Positions 20,478-30,652 of a stretch of DNA of 64,000 nt are shown piece after piece. The position numbers and the translations under genes were made by a program. The first letter of the stretch is position 1. Every line of letters starts with the position of its first letter. This DNA comes from Candidatus Omnitrophota bacterium (GTDB lineage: Bacteria > Omnitrophota > Gorgyraeia > B26-G9): assembly GCA_018817585.1 (NCBI GenBank), contig JAHITE010000125.1, positions 12,580 to 76,579 on the forward strand, in the 5' to 3' direction. The notes beneath the pieces are model-generated. The model was not told where the DNA came from. It did no database searches and saw only the letters and a list, made by a program, of their open reading frames with translations.

Positions 20478-20599
20478 GCAAAAATTCTCTTTGAGCGGCG
20501 CTTTTGAACGTAATTTTGACATTGATGTCAAAATAGTGAGAACGCGCGGCTGAGACTGCACGATGCAGGCTCAGGCTTAGCGAAAAGATGTGTTTTTGC
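20478..20599 (+). repeat. ~122-nt structured repeat, copy 1 (upstream of era)
   Basis: Near-identical to 55033-55156 and 58279-58402; GCAAAAA/TTTTTGC termini and two internal hairpins. Confidence 0.92.
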
Positions 20600-20641
20600 G
20601 TGATATACACGAAGCGATACGGGAAATAGAAAAGAGACCAA

Positions 20642-21556
20642 ATGAAAAAAGATAAAAATTTTAAATCAGGATATGTTGCTTTAATGGGTAAGCCGAATGT
20701 GGGCAAATCAACATTGCTAAATTGTTTTTTAGCGGAAAAATTATCAATTATTTCTGATAAGCCGCAAACAACACGTGACGCGATTTTAGGAATTCTCAGC
20801 GATGATCAAGCCCAGGTAATTTTTGTCGATACTCCGGGAGTTCATAAACCATTAACAGCTCTGGGCCAGCATATGGTCAGAAGTGCCTTGGGCGCGGCTG
20901 ATGACGCGGATATCGTAATTCTGATTATTGACGCGCAAAGCGGCATAACCAAAGCCGATCAGCATATATTTAAAACTCTTAAAGATAAAAAAATATCTGA
21001 GAATTGCCGATGGACAGCGGTATTGATAAATAAAATTGATTTAATTCCCAAAGAAAATATTCTGGCTTTGCTGGATTCCTGCAGCCGTCAAATATCTTTT
21101 GATGCCTATATTCCTGTTTCCGGAAAAACCAAAGAAAATTGCGCGTTAGTTTTAGAAAAAATAAAACAAGCCTTGCCTGAAGGGCCGGAGTATTATCCAA
21201 AGGATCAGTTAACGGATAAGAATGAACGATTTGTGGTGGCTGAACTTATTCGTGAACAGGTTTTACATTTGTGTCGAGAAGAAGTTCCTCATTCTGTGGC
21301 AGTTGAAGTGCATAAATTTGCTGATAATCCAGGTAGAAAAACTCTTATCCAGGCAACTATTTTTCTGGAAAGAGACGCGCAGAAAAAAATTGTGATTGGC
21401 AGTCAGGGGAAAATGCTCAAAGACATTGGTTCCGCGGCTAGAGCAAACATCGAAGAGTTTATTGGCAGAAAAGTTTTTTTGGAATTATGGATAAAAGTGC
21501 AGGACAACTGGCGAAAAGATGAAAGTTTTTTGCGGCGTTTAGGTTATGAAAAATAA
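20642..21556 (+). CDS. era: GTPase Era
   Basis: GKPNVGKST, PQTTR, DTPG, NKID; KH domain EVPH. Confidence 0.97.
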   Translation: MKKDKNFKSGYVALMGKPNVGKSTLLNCFLAEKLSIISDKPQTTRDAILGILSDDQAQVIFVDTPGVHKPLTALGQHMVRSALGAADDADIVILIIDAQSGITKADQHIFKTLKDKKISENCRWTAVLINKIDLIPKENILALLDSCSRQISFDAYIPVSGKTKENCALVLEKIKQALPEGPEYYPKDQLTDKNERFVVAELIREQVLHLCREEVPHSVAVEVHKFADNPGRKTLIQATIFLERDAQKKIVIGSQGKMLKDIGSAARANIEEFIGRKVFLELWIKVQDNWRKDESFLRRLGYEK

Positions 21557-21576
21557 TCAACGCGTGATGATTTGTG

Positions 21577-21604
21577 TTGACATAGGGAAAACGCATTGTA
21601 AAAT
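21577..21604 (+). promoter_or_regulatory. Putative sigma70 promoter of the hydrogenase operon
   Basis: TTGACA-16 nt-TAAAAT. Confidence 0.55.
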
Positions 21605-21651
21605 AAAAATAAGGATTTCATATCTAATAGGGGATTGATAAGGAGGGGATC

Positions 21652-22572
21652 ATGAAACTTACCCGCAGACAATTCCTCAAGATCTTTGGGGCTTCAGCTG
21701 TTGGCGCGGGGATTACTAGTTTGTATAATCCGGCATTGGTTGAGGCTTTAGCGGCAGACGATGGCAAGCCTCCGGTTATTTGGATTCAAGGAGCCGGATG
21801 TAATGGCTGTTCAGTTTCACTTTTAAATACTGTTCATCCGAAAATTGCTGAAGTTTTATTACATATTATAAGTTTAAGGTATCATCCTGCGTTAATGGCT
21901 GGGACAGGGAAAACTGCTTTTGATGTTATTTATGAAGTAGCCGAAGAGTTTAAGGGCAAATATATCGTTGTTCTTGAAGGCGGCATCCCGACAGCGGAAG
22001 ACGGGGCTTATTGCACTGTCGGTGAATATAATGGCCGTCATGTTAAATTAACTGATCTGATTGATTTTCTTGTACCTAATGCTGCTGCTTTGGTTGCCGT
22101 AGGCGCTTGTGCTGCTTTTGGCGGAATTCCTAAAGGCAAACCTAATCCTACTGGAGTTAAAGGTTTTGCTGAATACACTGGGAAAACTGTAGTTAATGTT
22201 TCCGGGTGTCCAGTACATCCTGATTGGATTGTCGGAACTCTAGTTCATGTGCTGCATTATGGGATGCCTGAATTGGATAAGCATAATAGACCAAAATTGT
22301 TTTATGGTAAAAATCTCCACGATAATTGTCCTAACTATTCCTATTTTGCTAAAGGTAAATTCGCGGAAAAATTAAGTGATGATGGATGTTTGGTGAATAT
22401 TGGCTGTAAAGGGCCAATGACTTATGCTGATTGTCCTCTCCGGCATTGGAATAGCGGAGTAAACTGGTGTATCGGATCAGGAACAGGATGTATTGCTTGT
22501 ACTGAGCCGAATTTTCCAGATGCTGCTTCGCAGATGTACGCTAAGTTACCTGATGACATGATTCCTAGCTGA
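21652..22572 (+). CDS. Group 1 [NiFe] hydrogenase small subunit (Tat signal)
   Basis: TRRQFLK twin-arginine motif, CNGC, GCPVHP, HDNC, GCKGP, CIAC. Confidence 0.95.
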   Translation: MKLTRRQFLKIFGASAVGAGITSLYNPALVEALAADDGKPPVIWIQGAGCNGCSVSLLNTVHPKIAEVLLHIISLRYHPALMAGTGKTAFDVIYEVAEEFKGKYIVVLEGGIPTAEDGAYCTVGEYNGRHVKLTDLIDFLVPNAAALVAVGACAAFGGIPKGKPNPTGVKGFAEYTGKTVVNVSGCPVHPDWIVGTLVHVLHYGMPELDKHNRPKLFYGKNLHDNCPNYSYFAKGKFAEKLSDDGCLVNIGCKGPMTYADCPLRHWNSGVNWCIGSGTGCIACTEPNFPDAASQMYAKLPDDMIPS

Positions 22573-22601
22573 ATAGTTTGACAAGATAAAAGGATGCGGC
22601 C

Positions 22602-24014
22602 ATGGCTAAACAAACCATAAGTATTGATCCAGTTACCCGAATTGAAGGGCATCTTAAAATAGAAGTTGATGTTGATAATGGAAAAGTTATTGATGCTCGT
22701 TCTATTGGAACGTTGTTCAGAGGTTTTGAAACTATATTAAATGGTAGAGATCCGAGAGATGCCCAGATGATAACTCAACGTATTTGCGGAGTTTGCTCGA
22801 TCAGTCATGGGATTGCGGCTACGCTGAATCTTGATTCAGCGTTTAATGTAAGTCCGCCATCAAATGGGCGGATTGTTCGAAATTTAATTCTGAGTGGTAA
22901 TTATATTCAATCGCACATATTGCATTTTTACCATTTGGCTGCGCTTGATTTTGTTACCGGCCCGGATGTCGCTCCGTTTATTCCCAGATATAAAGGGGAT
23001 TACTTATTGCCTAAAAAGGTTAATGACGCGGCAGTTGAGCATTATATGCAGGCTTTGGATATGCGAATGAAAGCGCATGAATTAACCGCTTTGTGGTCAG
23101 GGAAAGTTCCCATGGCGCAGTCGATAACTCCCGGCGGAGTTTCGCAAAAAGTATCGGTTGATAGAATTGCCTCAGCTTTATGGAGAATTCGTGAGCTTAA
23201 AGATTTTGTGAAAAATGTTTATATTTCCGATGTTTTAGCGGTTGCTGATGTATATAAGGATTACGGGACTGTGGGTGTTGGTTATAAAAACTTTCTTTCT
23301 TATGGAGTTTTTGCCGAGAACAATGAAAAAACAGAGTTTTTATTTAAATCAGGAATCTATACTGCGGATATTGATTTGGAAATGAACGCGCAAAAGATTA
23401 CTGAAGATGTTGAATTTTCCTGGTATAAAAAAGAAATTGGCAGAAAACATCCTGCTGAAGGGCAGACTGACCCTGATCTGCACAAAGAAAATGCTTATTC
23501 ATGGGTAAAAGCGCCTCGTTACGATGGTATCCCTCACGAAGTCGGCCCATTAGCTAGAATGTGGATCAATGGAGATTATCGAAAAGGCGCTTCGCTTTTA
23601 GATCGTCATGCGGCGCGTGCTTTGGAAACTCTCAAAGTTGCTGAGGCTATGGAAAAGTGGGTATTGCAGTTAAAGCCCGGTGAGCCGGTTTTTACTGCTT
23701 TTGAAATACCGGTTAATGCGGAAGGAATGGGTTTGACTGAAGCCCCGCGGGGTGCCCTTGGCCATTGGATAAAAATCGAGAATAAAAAAATAGCTAATTA
23801 TCAGGCGGTAGTGCCTTCCACCTGGAATTTAAGTCCAAAAGATGAGGATTTTCAGCGTGGTCCGGTTGAGGAAGCATTGATTGGCTGCCCTGTGCCGGAT
23901 GCGGATAATCCAATAAACGTAGCAAGAATTGTTCGTTCATTTGATCCTTGCCTTGCTTGCGCAGTTCATTTGACAAAACCAAATGGGGAAATGAAGAAAT
24001 TTAGAGTTTGTTAG
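22602..24014 (+). CDS. Group 1 [NiFe] hydrogenase large subunit
   Basis: RIEGH, QRICGVC (L1), FDPCLACAVH (L2, Cys rather than Sec) plus cleavable tail. Confidence 0.96.
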   Translation: MAKQTISIDPVTRIEGHLKIEVDVDNGKVIDARSIGTLFRGFETILNGRDPRDAQMITQRICGVCSISHGIAATLNLDSAFNVSPPSNGRIVRNLILSGNYIQSHILHFYHLAALDFVTGPDVAPFIPRYKGDYLLPKKVNDAAVEHYMQALDMRMKAHELTALWSGKVPMAQSITPGGVSQKVSVDRIASALWRIRELKDFVKNVYISDVLAVADVYKDYGTVGVGYKNFLSYGVFAENNEKTEFLFKSGIYTADIDLEMNAQKITEDVEFSWYKKEIGRKHPAEGQTDPDLHKENAYSWVKAPRYDGIPHEVGPLARMWINGDYRKGASLLDRHAARALETLKVAEAMEKWVLQLKPGEPVFTAFEIPVNAEGMGLTEAPRGALGHWIKIENKKIANYQAVVPSTWNLSPKDEDFQRGPVEEALIGCPVPDADNPINVARIVRSFDPCLACAVHLTKPNGEMKKFRVC

Positions 24015-24050
24015 AACTAGATAGTTTAATCTTAATAATTTGGGTGTTTT

Positions 24051-24503
24051 TTGTTTAAAAAAATAACAATATTGGGAATCGGTAATTTATTACTCAAAGA
24101 TGAGGGTGTGGGGATTCACGCTATTGAGGCATTAAGAAAAGAATCGCTGCCTGATAATGTTGAGCTTGTGGATGGAGCGGCGTCAGGATTTGATTTATTG
24201 CCAATAATCGAGCAATGTGATAAGTTGATTGTAATTGACGCGATTAAGATTGCTGAACAGCCGGGAACAATATATCAATTCGACCCCAAGCAGATTGATG
24301 TTAAGCGAGATTTAAATATGTCTCTGCATGATGTTGACTTTTTTCAAGTGCTTGAATTTGCCAATAAACATCGGTGGTTGCCAGAGATATTGATGATCGG
24401 GATTGTTCCTAATGAGATTTGTTTAAGTATGGATTTATCTGATATTATTAAAGGGAAAATACCGAGGATTGTGTATTTAGTTAAGCAAGCAATAGAGAAT
24501 TAA
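24051..24503 (+). CDS. Hydrogenase maturation protease
   Basis: LGIGNLLLKDEGVG, VDG, IDA, SLH. Confidence 0.93.
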   Translation: MFKKITILGIGNLLLKDEGVGIHAIEALRKESLPDNVELVDGAASGFDLLPIIEQCDKLIVIDAIKIAEQPGTIYQFDPKQIDVKRDLNMSLHDVDFFQVLEFANKHRWLPEILMIGIVPNEICLSMDLSDIIKGKIPRIVYLVKQAIEN

Positions 24504-24540
24504 ACTTATATAACTATTATCTTAACAGTTTGAGAAGGGA

Positions 24541-25005
24541 GTGTTTTTTTTGAAAAAAATAATTATTTCAGGATTCATTTTGGGGGTTTTATTGATGTTT
24601 GATTATAATTATGCTTTGGCTCAACAAGATTCTCCAGCTAAAGATATTGCTTCTGAATATGTCGGGGTAGCGCAATGCGCTGTCTGTCACCCCGCGGAAT
24701 ATCAGGAGTATAACAAGCGTAAATTTAAGAAGGCCTGGCGGGTGTTAAAAATGCGTGGGGCGGAAAAAAATGAAATATGCTTAAAATGTCATGTGACTGG
24801 TTTTGGAAAAGGCGGATTTATTAGTGAAGAGCAAACCCCGCATTTAGTTGGTAAACAATGCGAAGCATGCCATGGTCCTGGTGGTAAGCATATAAGTAAT
24901 CCCTCTGACCAGAATTTTAGAAAACAGTTAAAAGTGGTTAATAAGCAAAACATATGTATAGAATGTCATACTTGTATGACAACTCATAAAACAAATGATT
25001 TTTAA
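24541..25005 (+). CDS. Periplasmic tetraheme cytochrome c (c554-like)
   Basis: Signal peptide; CAVCH, CLKCH, CEACHGPG, CIECH. Confidence 0.9.
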   Translation: MFFLKKIIISGFILGVLLMFDYNYALAQQDSPAKDIASEYVGVAQCAVCHPAEYQEYNKRKFKKAWRVLKMRGAEKNEICLKCHVTGFGKGGFISEEQTPHLVGKQCEACHGPGGKHISNPSDQNFRKQLKVVNKQNICIECHTCMTTHKTNDF

Positions 25006-25039
25006 TGAATTTTTAGTAATGAAAATATATGAAAATATA

Positions 25040-25068
25040 TTGACAGGAGTATTGATTTATGTTAAATT
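25040..25068 (+). promoter_or_regulatory. Putative sigma70 promoter of the porin gene
   Basis: TTGACA-17 nt-TAAATT with TGn. Confidence 0.5.
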
Positions 25069-25301
25069 AGCACTATATGGAAAAATGCCGAGATTGAATA
25101 TTTTTTATAAGTAGCGGCTGAATTCATCATATATAACTTTAATCTGGCGACAAGGAGGTGGGGGAAAATAGAGCCTGAAGTTATAAGCATATGGTGATAA
25201 TGGAATAAGATAGAAATAACCTGGGCAACTATAGACAAACCTATAACTATAGACCTAGTTGGCCAAATAAATTTAAATTATTTTCTAAGGAGGAAAATAT
25301 A

Positions 25302-26621
25302 ATGAAGAGAATGCTAACAATTCTTTTAGCAGTAAGCATGATTGCGCTTGTGGCAATGCCTGCTTTTGCTGAAGTACAGAATATTAAAGTAAATGGCGGA
25401 GTTAAAATCACTGGTATTACTAGAGAAGGCTTTATTAATAGAGGACCAGCAGGATCTACTACCGGATACCCGGAAGCAGACTCGAGAGATTGGTACAACA
25501 CTGTTACTACTCTTGGTGTCGCGGCAGATCTTACTGACAATGTTTCAGCCACAATGGTATTAGGCAATGAAAGAGATTGGGGACTAGCTACTGCAACTAC
25601 TACTACTACTGGTGATGCTACTGCTGTTACTGTTTTTTCTTCTTACATTACTATGGAAGAAATGCTTTATTCAGCTTTAACAGTTAAAGCTGGTAGAATG
25701 CCGCTTGCTATTGCTGATAAATTAATTGTGGGTGATGGAACTGGTAATATTAATAGTCTTAATAGCGGTAACTTATCAGCCCAGACTGAATTTGATGCGA
25801 TCGTTGGTATTTTAGATTATGATCCATTAACAGTTATTTTGGGTACTGTAAAAGTATCAGATGAAGCACAGTCTGCTTCTGATGACGTGGATCTATATTT
25901 GGTTGATGGTATCTACAAGTTTGAAGATGACATGAACACAGTATTAGATGCTTATTTTGGAACAGCTCATTACAGTAGTCCTGGTGCTGCAACATTAACT
26001 GGTCCTGGTGCAAACAGCACAAGAACAGCTGATGTTAATGTTTTAGCAGCTGTATTGACCATGGAGCCAGCAGAACGCGTAACAGCTAAATTCGGTATTG
26101 GATATCAGTTTGGTGATTACCAGAAGACTGCAACAGCTAGCCGCGGTCTTGACGCAATGGCATTAGATCTTGGTGTAAATTACGCGATTGATAATGAATA
26201 TGCGCCTGTTGTTGGATTAAAATATGTATACCGTTCAGGTGATGACCAGGCAACTGGAGCTAATGCTGACTATACTGGATGGTTAGGTCTTTATGAACAA
26301 CAAATAAATGGTGCGATTTTTGATCCAAATACAAACATCAGCGCTTTTGCTTTAACAGCAACTGCAGTACCTGCTGATAGACTTACTATTGGTTTAGAGT
26401 ATTGGATGTTTACATTAGACGAATCATTGAAAACTGCTACTACACAATGCAGTACAAGTGATGAAGCTGGATCAGAGATTGATCTTACAGCATCTTATGC
26501 TTATACAGAAGATGTTAAGATTGGGCTTGGTCTTGGTTGGTTCTTCCCTGGGGATTATTATAAATCAGGGTTTGATGAAACAGCTATGCAGGCTTTAGTT
26601 CAAGTTGCTGTAAAGTTCTAA
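25302..26621 (+). CDS. Outer-membrane beta-barrel porin (alginate-export-like)
   Basis: Signal peptide PAFA|E, amphipathic strands, GSEIDL..Y, FFPGDYY, terminal Phe; AAGGAGG SD. Confidence 0.8.
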   Translation: MKRMLTILLAVSMIALVAMPAFAEVQNIKVNGGVKITGITREGFINRGPAGSTTGYPEADSRDWYNTVTTLGVAADLTDNVSATMVLGNERDWGLATATTTTTGDATAVTVFSSYITMEEMLYSALTVKAGRMPLAIADKLIVGDGTGNINSLNSGNLSAQTEFDAIVGILDYDPLTVILGTVKVSDEAQSASDDVDLYLVDGIYKFEDDMNTVLDAYFGTAHYSSPGAATLTGPGANSTRTADVNVLAAVLTMEPAERVTAKFGIGYQFGDYQKTATASRGLDAMALDLGVNYAIDNEYAPVVGLKYVYRSGDDQATGANADYTGWLGLYEQQINGAIFDPNTNISAFALTATAVPADRLTIGLEYWMFTLDESLKTATTQCSTSDEAGSEIDLTASYAYTEDVKIGLGLGWFFPGDYYKSGFDETAMQALVQVAVKF

Positions 26622-26632
26622 GTTAATTAAAT

Positions 26633-26671
26633 AAAAAGCCCTCGCTTCTTTTGGAAGCGGGGGCTTTTTTT
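26633..26671 (+). terminator. Rho-independent terminator
   Basis: AAAAAGCCCTCGCTTC/GAAGCGGGGGCTTTTTTT. Confidence 0.9.
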
Positions 26672-26722
26672 GCTAAAATATTTTCATTTTATTGAACTAT
26701 CGCGATATTAGGAATTTTATGC

Positions 26723-26751
26723 TTGACACTATCGACGTTTTTGAGTAATAT
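26723..26751 (+). promoter_or_regulatory. Putative sigma70 promoter of the chemosensory operon
   Basis: TTGACA-17 nt-TAATAT. Confidence 0.6.
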
Positions 26752-26810
26752 GAACAATATCGCAACTTATGATTTCGCAGTTTGTTCAGTAAAAATATTA
26801 GGGGGGAGAA

Positions 26811-28520
26811 ATGTTGAAATTTTTGCCAAAAAATCTAGAGTTTAAGATTATTTTTTCTGTGGGCATAGCGTTATTTGTTGTATTAGGCATAAGTGCGGTA
26901 ATAAATATTTCAACCCAGTCTCGGATTCTGATTGAACAAGAAAAGTCGCTTGCTTCTATTTTAAGTGATAGTATTCTTAATGGTATTTTCTATCCCATGC
27001 TTGGTGGAGATCAGGCACTTGTCCAGACGGTCTTTAATTATTTTGCTTCACAAAAGCAAATAGATATGCTTTTTTTAGCGAATAATGAAGGAGAAATCAA
27101 GCGGTGCACATCTAATGAGTATTTTGGGAAAAAGATTGATTTTAGGGGTATTATTAGTGAAATTGAGTCTAAGGATAAAAGCACTAAGTTGCAAAAATTT
27201 AAAACAAGTAGCAGAAATCCAAATAAGAAAGTTTTTGCGACATATATCCCTGTTTATAATAATCCAGAGTGTAATTCTTGCCATGGTAAAAACACAAAAA
27301 TTTTAGGCCTTCTGGGGGTTGAACTGGAGTGGGATAATGTAAAAAAAGCAACTGCTGATACCTTAAACAGGGTATTGTTGATTGCATTGATTAGTATTTT
27401 TTTAATCAGTATTTTAGTTATTATTTTGCTTAGAAAACTAGTTATTAAACCAATTAATATTTTAGTAAAAGCGAGTGAGCCGGCAGTAAGAGGTGATTTA
27501 ACCATAACAGTAGATAATAATTCTGAGGATGAAATAGGTAAGCTCACAGTAGCTTATAACGCGATTATTAAAAATCTTCATAATATGGTAAGCCGGATTA
27601 AAGAATTAGCGGGAAAAGTTTCTAGTTTTGCCCAAGAGATTTCTACTTCTTCTAAAGAGATGAATGCTTCAACTCAGGAAATTTCTTCAACAATTCAGAA
27701 AATTGCTAAGGGGGTTACCACTCAGGCAAAACGAGTTGAAGATACCTCTCAGCTAATGGAAGGTTTGTCTGATTCAGTTCGTCGGGTTGCTGATAACGCG
27801 ACTTCCGCGACAAAGTCTTCAGAGAAGTCGCTTGAACAGGCGCAAAGCGGTGGATACGCTACTGCTGAAGCTGTAGAAAAAATGAATAAAATAACAACAA
27901 CAGTTTCCAATGCCGCGGCAGTAATCTCCTCATTAGGTGAAAAGTCTCAGCAAATCGGTCAGATTACTGAAACAATTACAAATATTGCTGATCAGACAAA
28001 TCTGCTTGCTTTAAATGCCGCTATTGAAGCAGCTAGAGCTGGAGATGCGGGTAGAGGGTTTGCCGTAGTTGCTGAGGAAGTTAGAAAGCTAGCTGAAGGA
28101 TCTGCTGAGGCAGCACGCCGAATTGGAAGTCTTATAAAGGGAATTCAGGTTGAAACTCCTAAAGCCGTAAGCTCGATAGAAGCTGGAACAAAAGAAGTTG
28201 CTGAGGGCGCTTTGATTGTTTCCCGGGTTTCAGATGCTCTTGCGGAAATTATTAACGCGGTCAGGACATCAGCGACTATGGTAGATGAAATTACTGAAGC
28301 TACTCAACATCAATTGGCTGCTTCAGAAAAAATAGTTAAAGCTGTTGATGAAGTAGCAGTTGTCGCAGAGGAATCAGCTTCCGCGACTGAAGAAGCTTCA
28401 AGTTCTGCCGAAGAACAAACTGCTTCAATGGAAGAGTTGACTGCTTCTGCTGAAGAATTAGCTCGTCTAGCTTTGGATCTCCAAGAACTTGTTGATAAAT
28501 TTCAACTAAATAAGAAATAA
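26811..28520 (+). CDS. Methyl-accepting chemotaxis protein with periplasmic heme-c motif
   Basis: Two TM helices, periplasmic CNSCH, HAMP (DEIGKL), [17 protein letters not shown] signalling tip. Confidence 0.95.
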   Translation: MLKFLPKNLEFKIIFSVGIALFVVLGISAVINISTQSRILIEQEKSLASILSDSILNGIFYPMLGGDQALVQTVFNYFASQKQIDMLFLANNEGEIKRCTSNEYFGKKIDFRGIISEIESKDKSTKLQKFKTSSRNPNKKVFATYIPVYNNPECNSCHGKNTKILGLLGVELEWDNVKKATADTLNRVLLIALISIFLISILVIILLRKLVIKPINILVKASEPAVRGDLTITVDNNSEDEIGKLTVAYNAIIKNLHNMVSRIKELAGKVSSFAQEISTSSKEMNASTQEISSTIQKIAKGVTTQAKRVEDTSQLMEGLSDSVRRVADNATSATKSSEKSLEQAQSGGYATAEAVEKMNKITTTVSNAAAVISSLGEKSQQIGQITETITNIADQTNLLALNAAIEAARAGDAGRGFAVVAEEVRKLAEGSAEAARRIGSLIKGIQVETPKAVSSIEAGTKEVAEGALIVSRVSDALAEIINAVRTSATMVDEITEATQHQLAASEKIVKAVDEVAVVAEESASATEEASSSAEEQTASMEELTASAEELARLALDLQELVDKFQLNKK

Positions 28521-28563
28521 AAATTGACTATTAATTTGTGTATTCAGTCAGGAGGCATAAAAA

Positions 28564-29067
28564 ATGTCTGAAACAAAAAAGGGCAGTGGGGAAATTCAGC
28601 TTGTTGTTTTTAAAATCGGAGAAGAAGAATTTGGAGTGGAAATTAACCAGGTCCGGGAAATTGTTAAGCTGGTTTCAATTACTCGCATGCCAAAGTCCCC
28701 TGCATTTATTGAAGGTGTTGTCAATTTAAGAGGTCAAATTATTACGGTTATTGACTTATCAAAAAGATTGGATTTGCCTTCCGCGGGGCGCAGTGAATCC
28801 ACAAGGATTATGGTTGTAGAAATCGGGGAAAGCATAGTGGGAATGATCGTTGATTCTGTTTCAGAAGTTTTAAGATTATCAGAAAGTAATATAGAAGACA
28901 CTCCTTCGCTTATAGAAACTGAGGTACATGAAAGATATTTGCGCGGTGTAGGTAAAAGCGAAGACAGATTGCTGATATTGTTGGATTTAAACGAGGTGTT
29001 AAGTATTGACGAAGTAAAACATGTAGCTAAACAGGATATTTTAAAAGATGCTATAGAAAAAAAATAG
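28564..29067 (+). CDS. cheW: CheW
   Basis: GVVNLRGQIITVIDL, GMIVDSV. Confidence 0.95.
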   Translation: MSETKKGSGEIQLVVFKIGEEEFGVEINQVREIVKLVSITRMPKSPAFIEGVVNLRGQIITVIDLSKRLDLPSAGRSESTRIMVVEIGESIVGMIVDSVSEVLRLSESNIEDTPSLIETEVHERYLRGVGKSEDRLLILLDLNEVLSIDEVKHVAKQDILKDAIEKK

Positions 29068-29096
29068 AGTAACTGAAAAGGAAGGAGCGTTTTAAG

Positions 29097-29471
29097 ATGG
29101 GAGTTAAAGTTTTGGTTGTTGATGATGCTGTTTTCATGCGTAAGATGATTGGAGATATTCTTAAGAAAGAAGGATATGAGGTTGTGGGCGAAGCAGAAAA
29201 CGGGAAAGAGGCAGTTGCTAAATATTTAGAGCTTAAGCCTGATCTGGTTACCATGGATATTGTTATGCCGAAGGTTGGAGATATCGATGGAATCGGAGCT
29301 GTTAAAGAAATAATGGAAAAAGATGAAAAGGCAAAGATTCTGATGGTAAGTGCTATGGGGCAGCATGCTTTAGTGGTAGAGGCTATTCAGTCAGGAGCTA
29401 AAGATTTTGTTACTAAACCTTTTCAGCCTTCGCGAGTACTTGAAGCGGCAAAACGTGTGCTTGAAAGTTAA
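29097..29471 (+). CDS. cheY: CheY
   Basis: VVDD, MDIVMP, SAMGQ, KPF single receiver domain. Confidence 0.93.
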   Translation: MGVKVLVVDDAVFMRKMIGDILKKEGYEVVGEAENGKEAVAKYLELKPDLVTMDIVMPKVGDIDGIGAVKEIMEKDEKAKILMVSAMGQHALVVEAIQSGAKDFVTKPFQPSRVLEAAKRVLES

Positions 29472-29529
29472 GTACTTAAAACACCACTAATTTTTCTTAA
29501 ATAATTAAATTAAGTAAGGTGTTTATAAT

Positions 29530-30156
29530 TTGTTAAATAAAAAAATTACTTTAAATGCCCAGGAGAAAGATCTTCTCAAGGAAATAGCTAATATCTGCGC
29601 GGGAAATGCAGCGACTTCTCTTTCTCAGTTATTGAGCAAAAAAATAGAAATGAATGTGCCGAATGTTCATTTTATTCCGATAGCTGAAGTGCCAAAAGCT
29701 GTGGGCGGCGCTGATACATTGGTGGTAAGTGTTGTGTTTCAGGTCTTTGGAGCTGCTCCGGGAATTGTTTTATTATTGTTTTCGCAGTCTGATGCCAAAA
29801 CCTTAGCAGGAATTCTTAATGGGGAAACAGCTAGAAATGGACTTTTAACTGAGATGGATCAGTCTGCCATAAAGGAGGCTGGAAGTATTCTGGCTGCTGC
29901 TTATCTAAATACTCTTTCCGCGGTGACTAAAATAGGGCTTATCCCATCTACCCCCGGCATTTTTATTGATATGGCTGGGGCGCTGGTTGATTACATATTA
30001 ATAGAACTCAGTGCTGTTACAGAATACGCATTATTGCTTGATTCAGTATTTGTTGATGCTGAAAAAAGTGTCCAAGGTCATTTCTTTTTATTGCCAAATT
30101 CAGGAAGTTTTGAATTAATTTTAAAAGCGATTGGAGAATCAGTTAATGGATCTTAA
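29530..30156 (+). CDS. cheC: CheC family phosphatase
   Basis: DLLKEIANICAGNAATSLS and SAIKEAGSIL motifs. Confidence 0.9.
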   Translation: MLNKKITLNAQEKDLLKEIANICAGNAATSLSQLLSKKIEMNVPNVHFIPIAEVPKAVGGADTLVVSVVFQVFGAAPGIVLLLFSQSDAKTLAGILNGETARNGLLTEMDQSAIKEAGSILAAAYLNTLSAVTKIGLIPSTPGIFIDMAGALVDYILIELSAVTEYALLLDSVFVDAEKSVQGHFFLLPNSGSFELILKAIGESVNGS

Positions 30157-30652
30157 TGAATATAACCCACCTAAAGAAATCCATGTTGGTATGGCAGATA
30201 TGAAAGTTGCCCAAGCTCCGATTGTGCTTACTTCTCTGGGTTTAGGTTCTTGTGTTGGAATAGTTTTATATTACGCGAAAACCCAAATTGGCGGACTTGC
30301 TCATATCATGCTTCCAGATGTTGATTTAGTTAAGAATAGAACTAATCGCGCGAAATTCGCGAATACAGCGATTCCTGATTTGCTGGAGAAATTAGAGAAA
30401 ATGGGAGCGGAAAGAAGGTTTATAAAAGCAAAAATTATGGGTGGAGCCCATATGTTTGGTTTTGCTAAAACTAATAAAGTTTTTAATGTGGGCATCCGAA
30501 ATATTGAAAAAGTGAAAGATATTCTTAAAGATTTGCGAATTAGATTGGTTGCTGAAGATGTGGGCGGTTCCTACGGACGGTCTTTATATTTTTATCTTTC
30601 TACTGGTGAAGTTCGTGTTAGAACTATAAATCATGGAGAAAGAATAATATGA
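30146..30652 (+). CDS. cheD: CheD receptor deamidase
   Basis: LGSCVG, HIMLP, GGAHMF, EDVGG; ATG 30146 has GGAG SD. Confidence 0.95.
   Translation: MDLNEYNPPKEIHVGMADMKVAQAPIVLTSLGLGSCVGIVLYYAKTQIGGLAHIMLPDVDLVKNRTNRAKFANTAIPDLLEKLEKMGAERRFIKAKIMGGAHMFGFAKTNKVFNVGIRNIEKVKDILKDLRIRLVAEDVGGSYGRSLYFYLSTGEVRVRTINHGERII

Noticed and set aside
20478-20599. Repeat copies as CRISPR repeats or tRNAs
   Set aside because: Dispersed, ~122 nt long, with no spacer array or cas genes, and no T-loop, anticodon arm or CCA.
22602-24014. [NiFeSe] hydrogenase with selenocysteine
   Set aside because: The L2 motif is DPCLAC with TGC codons and no in-frame TGA.
25595-25610. ACT triplet run in the porin gene as a phase-variable tract
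   Set aside because: In-frame poly-Thr loop; slippage would not shift the frame.
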